From assembly GCA_963836815.1 (NCBI GenBank), contig CAWILD010000014.1, forward strand, positions 31,615 through 95,614: 64,000 nt of DNA, written 5' to 3'. Below the pieces are notes generated by a model, which did not search any database, had not been told where the DNA came from, and saw only the letters and a program-made list of their open reading frames with translations. The DNA comes from an uncultured Gemmatimonadales bacterium. Lineage in GTDB: Bacteria; Gemmatimonadota; Gemmatimonadetes; Gemmatimonadales; GWC2-71-9. Within the stretch, counting starts at the first letter, position 1; the number at the start of each line of letters is the position of its first letter. This document shows, in pieces, positions 19,367 through 28,753 of the stretch. The position numbers and the translations under genes were made by a program.

Positions 19367-22274
19367 TCACTGCTCCTGAGTGAGGCGCTCGAGCGCCCCT
19401 CGTGCCTCGGCCACATACGGCTGAAGCTCCGGGTCAGCATGTCGCCACGCATCGGCTACGAACTGGTAGGCCCGGATGGCGGCCCTGCGCTCGCCCAGCC
19501 GCTCCGCCGCCCGCGCCCCTTCGAGGACACCGATGACGCGCAAGCACTGAAATGGGAGACACTGCCGTCAATTCCGATCTCTCGAGCACGGTCCGATCAT
19601 CCCCGCGGGTGGCCTGCAGCCCCAACCTGACAAGGGGCTCGAAATAGCAGACGGCACACAGGGAATCGGGAAGCTGCTCGAATCGCCGAAGTGCATCGGC
19701 CGTATCATGCCGCACCAGCGCGAGGTACGCGTGCGCGGCCTCGCCTCCGAATACGGCCTCCTCGCGCAGTACCGGGTCCGGGCTCGACCTCAACAGTGAG
19801 TCGGCGAGCTCCCGGAATCGCAGGATCGAGCGGGCGTCACCATGGCTCGCCCACCAGGGGAGCGCGACGCGCGCGGTCCGGAGATCGCCAGCGCGTAGCC
19901 ATCGGTCGAAGTAGAACCCGGCGGTGTCGGCGGGGTAGAGACCCTGGAGGGCTAGTTCCGCGAACACTCCGGGAGCGGCGATGGGATCAGGGCTCAACGC
20001 CGCGGCTGCTTCACGCAGATGTCCGCGGAAATGAAGCGTGCTGGCCAGCTTCCTGCGACGCATCTCGCTCGTGAGCCAGGCGGCGGAGCTGTCGGGACTT
20101 GCCGCCAGGGCCCGCGCGACGCGCACGGCGACCTCCCCGGTGTCGGCCGCGTTCACCCCTGCGTACCAGGCCTTGTGGAGCGTGATGGCCGACGCCAGCT
20201 CGAGCCGTCGCTGCATCGCCGATCCGGATTGCCTGGGGTCGGGCAGATCGAGTCCGAGGCGCGCCCCGTCGGCGGTCACGTCGCCGGGGGCAAGCTTGAG
20301 GTACTCCACCGCGTAGCGCCGTGCTGCGTCGAGACCACGAGCGGCGGATGCCATCTCGAAGGGGTGGATGTAGGCCGGGGCGTAGGCGGAATCCAGCGCG
20401 ATTGCACGATCGAAGGCAGCAATCGTCTCGGAGATCGGGATCGCTCGGCCCTGGTGACGGTAGACCTCACCAAGTGTGTACCAGGCATCGGTGTCATTGG
20501 GGTACCGGCGCACGGCCTCTTGCGCGGTCGCGAGAAGTCGTCGGTAGGCCGCCCACGTCAGCATCCCCTCCAGCTGGTTGGAGTCCACCGCGACGAGGAG
20601 GCTGTCACGCGGCGCGAGACCATGATTCAGCGCCCCGGCCCGGAGCGAGAGTGCGACGGACAGAGATTCGCCGTCGGCTCGTTGCCAGCCCACCACGCGG
20701 CCGAGCCGCCAGAGCGCCAGCGCGAAGCTGCTGTCGAGGGCTGCAGCGCGCTCGTAGGAAGCCAGCGCCGAGTCCCACGCGCCGTGGCGGAACCACTGCT
20801 CACCCTGCAGAAACGCCTTCATCGCGGCCGGCGAGGTCGAGCCGAGCGATGCGATGCCCGTGAGCTCGACGCGTCTGGCACGGCCGAGCGCACCGAGGAC
20901 TCGCACCGCGAGCGAGTCGCCCAGTCGGTCGATCCTGCTCACCTCGTCCTGCAGCTCGAACTCTCCCAGCGGTCGTCCGGTCTCGACGTCCAGCAGGGTG
21001 GCGCGGACACGGGCCGAGTCCCTGCCGGCGGGTACCAGGCTCCCGAAGAGGCTCAGCCGCGCACCGGTCCGCCGGCCGAGCTCGGCGGCCGCCAACGGAT
21101 CAGCGTGCCCGGACCAGCGCCGTACGACGGCCGTGGGCGGTACCGTGCGAATCGGGCCCGCGCCATCGAGGTTGCGGGAGAGCAGGTCTACCAGCCCCTC
21201 GCGCCACAACTCGAATGAGGGTGAGAGGACGTCGAATGGAGCAACCGCGAGAAGATCAGTATCGAGCGCGCGGGGCGCCGCCTTCTGACGCCACAGCAGC
21301 GCCACCGCCGCTGCGCCCACGGCGATCGCGAGTCCCAGGCCGACCAGGACCGCCCGGCCCGGTCGACGAACTCTTGACGACGGCGGCGGCGCGGACAGCG
21401 CCCGCAGGAATTCCGCGACTGTGGCGAACCGATCGGCCGGGACGACCGCCAATGCCTTTTGAACGGCCGCATCCACGGCCGGGGGCACCGTCGGGCGCAG
21501 CCGACTCAATGCCGGAGCGGGTTGGATGAACCGCTTCGCCACGACCGCCTGCGGCGTCGGCCCGGTGAAGGGCGGCTCTCCAGCGAGCATCTCGTGGAGC
21601 ACGCATCCCAACGCATAGATGTCAGTCCGGGCGTCCACCAGCCCGGCGCCGGCCTGTTCCGGGCTCATGTACGTCGGCGTGCCGACGGCGAGGCCGGTAC
21701 CGGTGAGCTCCTCGCCACCAGCCGCCTCGACCGCACGCGCGATCCCGAAATCCCCCACCCGGGCGTGCCCATGGGCGAGCAGGATGTTTTCGGGCTTGAT
21801 GTCCCGGTGGATCACGCCGTGGCGGTGAGCGTAGTCCAGCGCGTCCCCTACCTCCCGCGCAATCGCGAGCGCGTCGTCCAGCGGCAGCTGCGGCTCCCTT
21901 CGGAGCCGATCCCGGAGACTTTCCCCCTCGACGAATGGCATCGTGTACCACAGGCGACCGAGGGTCTCGCCCGAGTCCAGCACCGGCAGGATATGGGGGT
22001 GATCCAGGCGTGCCGTCAGCTTGATCTCGCGGAGGAAGCGCTCCGGTCCCAGTGCCGCCGCGAGCTCCCCGTGTAGCAGCTTCAGGGCGACGTGACGGTC
22101 GTGTTTCTCGTCGCGGGCGAGATAGACCGTCGCCATGCCACCGCGCCCGAGCTCCCGGTCAATCATGTAGCGGCCCCGAAGGGCATCAGTCAGAGACGAA
22201 TCAATCGCGGTCACGAGACTGCCAGGTGGGAGACTACTAGAAGGTGATGACAGGATCCCGATGAATATTAGCAA
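19367..22274 (-). CDS. Ser/Thr protein kinase with large TPR-like C-terminal region; one frame break near the 3' end
   Basis: Hanks kinase motifs GRGGMATVY, VALK, HRDIKPENIL, DFG, TPTYMSPE, followed by a TM segment and a helical-repeat region. The last ~70 codons continue in another frame (..LRVIGVLEGARAAERLGERRAAIRAYQFVADAWRHADPELQPYV..) to the stop at 19367. Confidence 0.85.
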
Positions 22275-22301
22275 GGTTCACCGGGTGACACAGGCCAGCT
22301 G

Positions 22302-22385
22302 GGTGAACAGCGGCAGGCTATCTATCTCTTAACCCTTCGAAGCTCCACGGGGTTAAGAGAGAGAGATAGAGCTGAGCTGTTCACC
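22302..22385. repeat. 84-bp near-perfect palindrome (MITE-like or terminal-repeat pair)
   Basis: ggtgaacagc-ggcagg-ctatctatctcttaaccc / gggttaagagagagagatag-agctga-gctgttcacc. One arm recurs at 62165-62204. Confidence 0.6.
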
Positions 22386-22715
22386 TTTCCCTTAGAGCTC
22401 AAGTCTGACCAACAGCGTCATTACGGCAGCTATCGAGCACCCTTGAGCGCGAACGCGCCCTCAGCGCATAGAATTAGAGCGCAGGTCACAGGAAGTTTGG
22501 ATCTGACACGACGTGATTTGGGCTGGCGGGCACCGCAGTCTACTTCTAGTTGGGCAGCAGGGGAGGAGTTCAAGTCACGGCCGGGATACGCAGGAACAAC
22601 AGCGTGCCGCGACTCACACTTGAAGGCACCATGTTTGGTCATGTAATCGGCTTGCCCCTCCTCGCTCTCGTGGCCACTCCGTTTACATTGCCTATACACT
22701 CCGCATCCAAGTCTT

Positions 22716-23549
22716 ATGAGTGACCCATTAGCAGCGGCCAAGCTCAAGGCTGAGACAGCCTACAATGCTGCCGCAGACTACTTCGACGCCGAGCCCTTGG
22801 GGTTCTGGGCGCGGTATGGCCGGCGGACCGTCGATCGGCTGCGGCTGCATCGTGGGGCGCACGTACTGGATGTGTGCTGTGGCACCGGTGCCTCCGCGTT
22901 ACCTGCGGCGGAAGCCGTCGGCCCCGAGGGCCACGTCATCGCAGTTGATCTTGCGGGCGAACTCCTCGCCCTTGGCCAGGCCAAGGCCCAGGCCGCAGGG
23001 CTGCAGTGCGTGGAGTTCCGTCGTGGGGACATGACAGACTTGGGCTTTCCCGATCGTCATTTTGACGCGGTGGTCTGTGTGTTTGGGATTTTCTTTGTCC
23101 CGGACATGGAGCACCAGGTGGCGGAGCTATGGCGCATGGTGCGGCCCGGCGGGCAGCTGGCGATCACCACGTGGGGCACACGATTTTGGAGCCCGGCGTA
23201 CGAGATTTGGTTGGAAGCCGTGCGCCGAGTGCGCCCCGATCTGTATACCGCATTTAACCCTTGGGACCGCATCACGACACCGGAGGCGGTCCGCACGCTC
23301 CTCCACGACGGTGGTGCTCAGAGTATCGATGTTGCTGCAGAAGAGGGGTACCAGAAACTGCGCACGCCAGAGGATTTCTGGATCATGGCACTGGGGAGTG
23401 GCCTGCGGTGGACGATCGATAAGATGGGCTCCGAGTTGGCACGCGAGGTGAAGCACGAGATCCTAGACCGGCTTGCTGCCGCGGGGGTCGATCGCGTTGC
23501 AACCAACGTCATCTATGCCACCGCCGAGAAGCCGTCAGGCCCGGCCTAA
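22716..23549 (+). CDS. class I SAM-dependent methyltransferase
   Basis: VLDVCCGTGASALPAAEAV (motif I), VIAVDLAGELL, and FDAVVCVFGIFFV. The stop TAA lies inside the R''-like box of the following attC. Confidence 0.8.
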   Translation: MSDPLAAAKLKAETAYNAAADYFDAEPLGFWARYGRRTVDRLRLHRGAHVLDVCCGTGASALPAAEAVGPEGHVIAVDLAGELLALGQAKAQAAGLQCVEFRRGDMTDLGFPDRHFDAVVCVFGIFFVPDMEHQVAELWRMVRPGGQLAITTWGTRFWSPAYEIWLEAVRRVRPDLYTAFNPWDRITTPEAVRTLLHDGGAQSIDVAAEEGYQKLRTPEDFWIMALGSGLRWTIDKMGSELAREVKHEILDRLAAAGVDRVATNVIYATAEKPSGPA

Positions 23550-23703
23550 TATCGCTTGGGCCGACCGCACTAGTTCTAGCATCCCCTGGCTGCCGCCCGC
23601 CCCCGACCACCGCTCGGCCACAGCGCGCCCTGGCGCGCTGTGGAAGGAAGGTTTGTGCGCGGGGAACGATGATGCCCGGTAACTGATGCGCAAGTCGCTA
23701 GAC
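23544..23703 (+). repeat. degenerate attC site (160 bp)
   Basis: GCCTAAT..gggccgac ... ggaaggtttgtgcgcgggg..ggtaactgatgcgcaagtc-GCTAGAC. The interior matches the long-class attCs, while both outer boxes are mutated. Confidence 0.55.
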
Positions 23704-23963
23704 CCCGAAGGAGAGCCTATGCCGCGTTGGGAATACGCATCCGGAGTCTCCCAGGAGCGCCAGCCCGGTCCATGGCGACGAGTAAAGAGCCTGCCACCCA
23801 TCGGGCGTGACCTGGAGGGTACTGTAGTACGCTTCGAACCACACCGCGGCGACTCCTGGGAGAGGCGCTCGGCCCCGACCACCGGGGGAGGCGTGGACTG
23901 GCCTTCGAGAGGGACTGCGACGGCAGCGCGGGATAGCGCAAGGGTGACGCACAGGAGACGCAT
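23698..23963 (-). CDS. small secreted hypothetical protein (frame break; weak call)
   Basis: The signal-like start MRLLCVTLALSRAAVAVPLEG is in one frame and ..VWFEAYYSTLQVTPDGWQALYSSPW.. in another, ending at 23698. Confidence 0.25.
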
Positions 23964-24185
23964 ACTCTCCTCCATCCATCAGCTGGTTGGCAAGGGAGCT
24001 CGCGCTCGAGCGTGTAGCGGTCGCCAGGGCGGCCTTGAACCTTTCTAGGTCTCGCTCGGAGAGACCTGTCGGACTGGGGTATGTTAGGCTACAGGCCCCA
24101 GGTCCCTGTCGGACCAGACACGCCCGCCGGAGGTTGGTCGAGAAAGAGAGGACAGTTGGGAAAGCGGCCCTGCTCGGGATCGACG

Positions 24186-24510
24186 CTACCCCGAATCGAG
24201 TGCCCGGATCGGCCCAGTCTCCCGGATCTCGACCGGTACCCCTTCGAGTTTGGAGGGGATCGCGCGTGCCAGCTCTGAAGGTCTTCCGCACCACCAGCAC
24301 CAGGATGCAGGGCCGGCCGCCGCACACACCCTCGGCCGTGCCGACCACTCCCGGGCGCGCCATGAGCCGCTCGGTGTGGCGGCCGAGCACCTGGGCGACA
24401 GTGTCGTGCTGGATAGTCCGCCCCTCGGGTCCGCGCGGCGGCCCTGCCGACAACCGGCACCCGCTCGCGGTGGCGAGCGCGAGGAGCGCCGGGAGCACGA
24501 GCCCACGCAC
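24186..24510 (-). CDS. stand-alone protease-propeptide-like lipoprotein; one frame break
   Basis: The lipoprotein signal LLALATASGC and HTERLMARPGVVGTAEG..ILVLVVRKT | SELARAIPSKLEGVPVEIRETGPIRAL parallel the pro-region of the adjacent S1 protease (HTDRLLRSEGVVGTAIG..VQIFTKT..RGLPISLDGVPV). The shift is near 24282. Confidence 0.5.
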
Positions 24511-24517
24511 CGCGCGA

Positions 24518-25611
24518 TCAGGTGCCGTCGATCGTCACCCCGAGGGCGTTGAGCACGGCGCCGATCGGATTGGCGATGGTGTACCCGTTCGAGCTCCCGG
24601 CGAAGAGCAGGGCGACGGGCCGCTTGCTGGAATTGTTGGTGACGATGAGCGAGCCCGAGTCGCCCGCGCGGGAGAACTGCCCCGGCCCTCGGACCACCAC
24701 CTGGCCGACGAAACGCGCGGTCCCATGGCTGTAGGCGACGTTGACGGTGGCGTTGATGCCGACCACCGCGCCAGTGGTGCGCCCCGTAGTCCGGCCGTAC
24801 TTCTGCACCGGCTGATTGAGCACGGCAGCAATGATCGCGGAGCTGGGGACTCCATACCCGTCGGATGGCGTGCGCCGGCCCAGATTGGCGGTGCTGCTGA
24901 TAGCCATGGCGGCATCGACCTTGTTGTTCGCCGTGGTGGAGAAGACGATCCTGACGAACTTGCTGAGGCTGCCGATGATGGCGTCTGACCCGCTGGCGCA
25001 GGCCAGATCGTACCGGCCGGGCTGGAGGACCTTGCTGCCGATCGGGGCCGAGTTCTCCAAGGCGTAGACGTGGTTGTTACTCACCGCATAGACCGCGGTG
25101 CCGGACTTGCCCCTAAAGCCGATGGTTCCGGCGGAGCACTGGCCCTTGTTTCCGGTGGAGACCCCGATTGGCACCGGCCGGGGAAACCTCGACTTGGGGT
25201 TGATGCTGAGGGCCGCGGCGGCCGGAGCGGCGGACGGCCGCGGGGATCGCGCGGATCCTCGCCCAGTAACGACTGGAGAGACGGGCACCCCGTCCAAGCT
25301 GATCGGCAGCCCGCGGATCACGCGGCGGTCTTGGTGAAGATCTGGACGGCGACCCGGCCGTTCGGCGCGAGCCCGATCGCGGTGCCGACCACGCCCTCGC
25401 TCCGGAGCAGTCGGTCGGTATGCCGGCCCTGGGCCGCGAGCGCCTGGGCCAGTCCGGGCGGCTCGGCCCCGACGGCGGCGAGGTTAGGCGGCGCGGTATC
25501 GGGAGGCTCGGTTGCGTCGTGGGTGCAGCTGAGGACCGGAAGGGCGAAGGCGAGGAGCAGCATCCACGGGGAAAGAACCCGGCCCCGGAGGCCGCGGAAG
25601 ATACTGCGCAT
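24518..25611 (-). CDS. secreted S1 (chymotrypsin/alpha-lytic-type) serine protease with pro-region; one frame break
   Basis: ATG 25611, signal MLLLAFALPVLSC and a pro-region. After a 1-nt break at 25318-25321 comes the protease domain with ..SNNHV.., ..NKVDAAM.., GDSGS (catalytic Ser). Confidence 0.8.
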
Positions 25612-25768
25612 ATCTGGAGACCTCTCGGGAGCGCAGGGAAGTGAGTTGAGATCTTGAAGATAGACCGAGTCGATCAGCAGGCTAGAGGTTTCAGACGGCC
25701 GGTGGAAAGGGCGCGGAGAATGGTGCGGAGACACGGGTACACGGCGAACAGCACGATCACTCGTCAAC

Positions 25769-26173
25769 TCAAGGCGTCGAGCCGGTGCGCGGGTCGTCCT
25801 TCGGGTCGACGTAGGTGATCGCAAAGGGACCTGTGCTCTGGACCTCCAACATGACGCGGCTGGCCGCATGTACGAAGTGAGGCTCCTTCGCGCCGATCGT
25901 GACGGGATCGTTGGGGGCCATCGCCTTCATGGCCTTCTCATGCCACTTCGCTCCGTGGCCCAGGTGCAGCGTGCCCTCGAGCAGGCGGAGCGTCTTGTTC
26001 GTGGGCGTGACAAGCACAGCGCCATAGCCGGGAAGAGCTCCCCCATAGTCCTTGACTCCTGAAAAGTGACCGCGGCTATACTGCGGCCATGCCTTCAACC
26101 GATCGTCCCAACCGAAGGCCTCGCTTTCGCGAGCAGCTAGGCTGGAGCCATGTGCTGCTCGCATGGGGCGCAC
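25769..26173 (-). CDS. hypothetical protein (possibly cupin-fold)
   Basis: 134-codon ORF with beta-rich sequence LRLLEGTLHLGHGAKWHE..PHFVHAASRVMLEVQSTGPFAITYV. The N-terminal boundary is uncertain. Confidence 0.4.
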   Translation of the reverse strand: MRPMRAAHGSSLAARESEAFGWDDRLKAWPQYSRGHFSGVKDYGGALPGYGAVLVTPTNKTLRLLEGTLHLGHGAKWHEKAMKAMAPNDPVTIGAKEPHFVHAASRVMLEVQSTGPFAITYVDPKDDPRTGSTP

Positions 26174-26550
26174 TCCTCTGTGCCTGTCAGGTCGACCCGC
26201 GGCGCTCGCCGGGGGACAGCCTGGTCACCTGGTCTGGCGAGGAACTTCGCGACGCACCGCCGCCGCCGCCGCCGCGCGATACCTCGCCTTTCAAGAAGGT
26301 GGAGCGTCTACCGCTAGCCACGGACTCAACACGGGTGCTCGCCGTTGCGGAACAACCGCCGGATGATCGCTGGTGCCGTGGAGACACCCTTGTCTGGTTC
26401 TGGCACGAGGGGCTGGAGGTGTCCTTCTTGGACGGCTACATCGTGGAGAGCCATCTCGCTTTCCCAGCAGGTTTCGAGGGCAACAGGCACGTTCACAGGC
26501 CGGTTGCGGAACGCCGATGCACGGTTGTCGGCGCGAGGCGTGGCTCTTGA
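26152..26550 (+). CDS. hypothetical lipoprotein
   Basis: GTG 26152 gives VLLAWGALLCACQ (lipobox), followed by a Pro-rich linker and a beta-rich body. The ATG 26089 alternative overlaps the neighbouring gene. Confidence 0.35.
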   Translation: MLLAWGALLCACQVDPRRSPGDSLVTWSGEELRDAPPPPPPRDTSPFKKVERLPLATDSTRVLAVAEQPPDDRWCRGDTLVWFWHEGLEVSFLDGYIVESHLAFPAGFEGNRHVHRPVAERRCTVVGARRGS

Positions 26551-26643
26551 CCCATGAAAGGTCGATGCTGCTAGACTAGCGGCATGACCCCTTCATATTG
26601 GCCCTGAGCGCTGGGAGGTCCCCCTGCTGATCGCACCATAGCA

Positions 26644-26824
26644 TTGCGTGATATAGCGCAACGCTATATACTGTACCTGCCAACCGAGAGAGCACACCCG
26701 GCGAAAGCCGGGGTCGCAAAGCCACGGATCCTCGCCTCCTCCGCGACGCCGGCCTTCGGCCAGCCACCACCGAGGTCCCAAGATCGCCGAGCTGCTGCTA
26801 TTGCAGGCTCGGCGTTTTCTTGTT
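26644..26824 (+). ncRNA. candidate small RNA: promoter + hairpin-leader module (copy B) ending in an intrinsic terminator
   Basis: TTGCGT-17 nt-TATACT; core GCACACCCGGCGAAAGCCGGGGTCGCA at 26692-26718; CCTCGCCTCCTCC stretch; stem GCCGAGC[tg]CTGC-TATT-GCAGGCTCGGC followed by GTTTTCTTGTT (26786-26824). No start codon follows at the position seen in copies A and C. Confidence 0.35.
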
Positions 26825-27011
26825 CCGGTGGGCTTCATAACACTCGCCCACCCCGCCGTCTTGCCGAACCCGAACAGCTAGCTGCACCGACCAGATCGAG
26901 CAGCGTCTACCACGCTCGGAGGTTGCAAGCACGACGAGGGCCACGGGCGTAATGACCCAGACCGCTGAGCCTGCCACGAGACGGGTCTCACTCTACCCCT
27001 AGGAGGCTTCC

Positions 27012-28012
27012 ATGAAGCCAATTGCCATTAGCAGTCTGAGGTGCTCAATGCGGAAAATGGCGCTTGGATTTCCTATCCCCTTGGGAGGGAGCATGCACGT
27101 CCCGTTACATGCGCTCGAAGCCTGGAGCGCTCCGCGGCTCGCCCGCAGCGCGCACACCGCCGTCCGTGTCTCGCTTGGGATTGTCCTCGGATCAGGTGCC
27201 GCCCTGCTCACGGCGTGCGGAGATTCACCGGGCCGCCCCCTCCCTCGCCTGCCGCCGAAAATCCAGCATTTGTTGTGGGCGGCACGAGCGACGCGGCGAA
27301 CCGGTACGCGAACGTCGGCGTCCTGCAGCTCAACGTCGGCGGCGACGACTGGTTCGACTTCTGCTCGGGGACGCTGGTCCGCCCGAACGTCGTCCTCACG
27401 GCCGCCCACTGCACGGACTTCCTGGTCGAGGAGGGGGAGGACGGGTTCGGCCCCGCCGACCTGCGGATCTCGTTCGATCCGGAAGGCGACGCTCCGTACT
27501 CGACGGTCGACCACATCGTCGTGCATCCGGACTGGTTCACGAGGCAGGAGCCGTGCCGAGGCAACTCGAAGCAGCTCTGCCTGGCGCCTCCGGCCGAGGA
27601 CATAGGGCTCGTCTTCCTGGACGCTCCGGTCGGCGGCATCACCCCGGCGCCCATCGCCGATCCGACGTACCTGGCCGGGCTCAGCCTCACTGGCGAGACG
27701 TTCACCGTCGTGGGATACGGCGTCGATGCGTTCATCACCGGGAGCACGTTCGCCAACCATCCGGTCGTGTTCGTCGACGGCATCCGGAGCTACCGGGACG
27801 TCTCGGTGATCACGACGCACGACGCGTTCCCGGATCGGTTCCTGAAGATCACGCAGAGCATGTGCTTCGGCGACTCGGGCGGCCCGCTCTTCCACGGGGC
27901 CACGCTCGTCGGAATCAACACCTGGACGTTCAGCCTGCGGTGCTCGGGGCCGAACTTCGCGTACCGCGTCGACTCGCCGGCAGCGCAGAGCTTCCTCGCG
28001 GCGAACCTCTAA
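27012..28012 (+). CDS. secreted trypsin-like S1 serine protease; one frame break
   Basis: AGGAGG precedes ATG 27012 (ATG 27093 also has GGGAGGGAG). Lipobox AALLTAC. After a shift in C-run 27236-27240: VVGGT.., TAAHC (His), DIGLV (Asp), GDSGGP (Ser). Confidence 0.8.
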
Positions 28013-28332
28013 GTGACGATCTAGTCACCCAGCCTGGGCAGCACCCAGGCGACTCTTCCGAGCCCGCCTGCTTCCGCGGGCTCAGCATCACTAGTTTGCC
28101 TTCTTGGTCGGTCACCAGCGGACGGCCAGCCCGACAAGCCGGAGGATCTGTCAGCCCGTCGAGCTCGAGTCTTGGGGACACGCCCCGGAGTGTTGAGAAG
28201 CCGCGTGGTCTGGCACTAGCCCGGCACTATGAAGCACGGCGCACGGGGATATTCTGCGGTGCACCGCGTGTGATGCCACAAGCACTTGGCGAAGGGCAGG
28301 CGGCCGCCAGTCCTCATAATGCCGGCCCGCTC

Positions 28333-28456
28333 TTGACGGCCCCTGTACCGCGTCCTATCTCAGGGCCTACCATCCCTCGACAAAGGCACACCCGGCGAAA
28401 GCCGGGGCCGCAGCGCCACGGGTCCTCACGCTCGGTCAGACGGACGGGAGGAGGGC
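28333..28456 (+). promoter_or_regulatory. promoter + conserved hairpin leader, copy C
   Basis: TTGACG-17 nt-TATCTC, ctcgacaaaGGCACACCCGGCGAAAGCCGGGGCCGCAgcgcc (core 28385-28412), then a TCCTC...GGGAGGAGGG pairing and ATG 28457. Confidence 0.5.
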
Positions 28457-28714
28457 ATGCACAAGCCAGGGAAACGAGGCGAGCGCCAAGTGCGCCTCAA
28501 GCCACAATACGCACACCTGTACCGAGGCATCCCCCCGAACGAGTGGTGGCCGGCGTGGCTGCTGGCAGAGCAACTACTTGCCAGGGCGGAAGCCGAGGGC
28601 GTTCCCGAGCAGCAACGGATTTGCGATCCCAGCCATTTTGTGTTTCGGGGTGGGCAGAGCCGGGAGCCGCGTCTCCAGGATCTGCGAACCCGGCGATCAG
28701 ACGTCACTCCGTGA
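28457..28714 (+). CDS. small hypothetical protein downstream of leader copy C
   Basis: 85 aa with a strong SD (GGGAGGAGGG) 4 nt upstream of the ATG. MHKPGKRGERQVRLKPQYAHLYRGIPPNEWWPAWLLAEQLLARAE... No family recognised. Confidence 0.5.
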   Translation: MHKPGKRGERQVRLKPQYAHLYRGIPPNEWWPAWLLAEQLLARAEAEGVPEQQRICDPSHFVFRGGQSREPRLQDLRTRRSDVTP

Positions 28715-28753
28715 ACGCGTGGTAAGAGACGGAGGAAACACAGGCGGGTGCCA

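Noticed and set aside
23698-24510. The 270-codon minus-strand ORF could be one gene.
   Set aside because: The N-terminal third is a propeptide-like lipoprotein that continues in another frame to a stop at 24186. The C-terminal part belongs to a different small ORF. The long ORF is a chimera of frames.
28060-28083. The hairpin gagcccgc-ctgcttcc-gcgggctc after the protease gene could be an intrinsic terminator.
   Set aside because: The stem is good, but no U-tract follows, so it cannot be distinguished from a generic GC hairpin.
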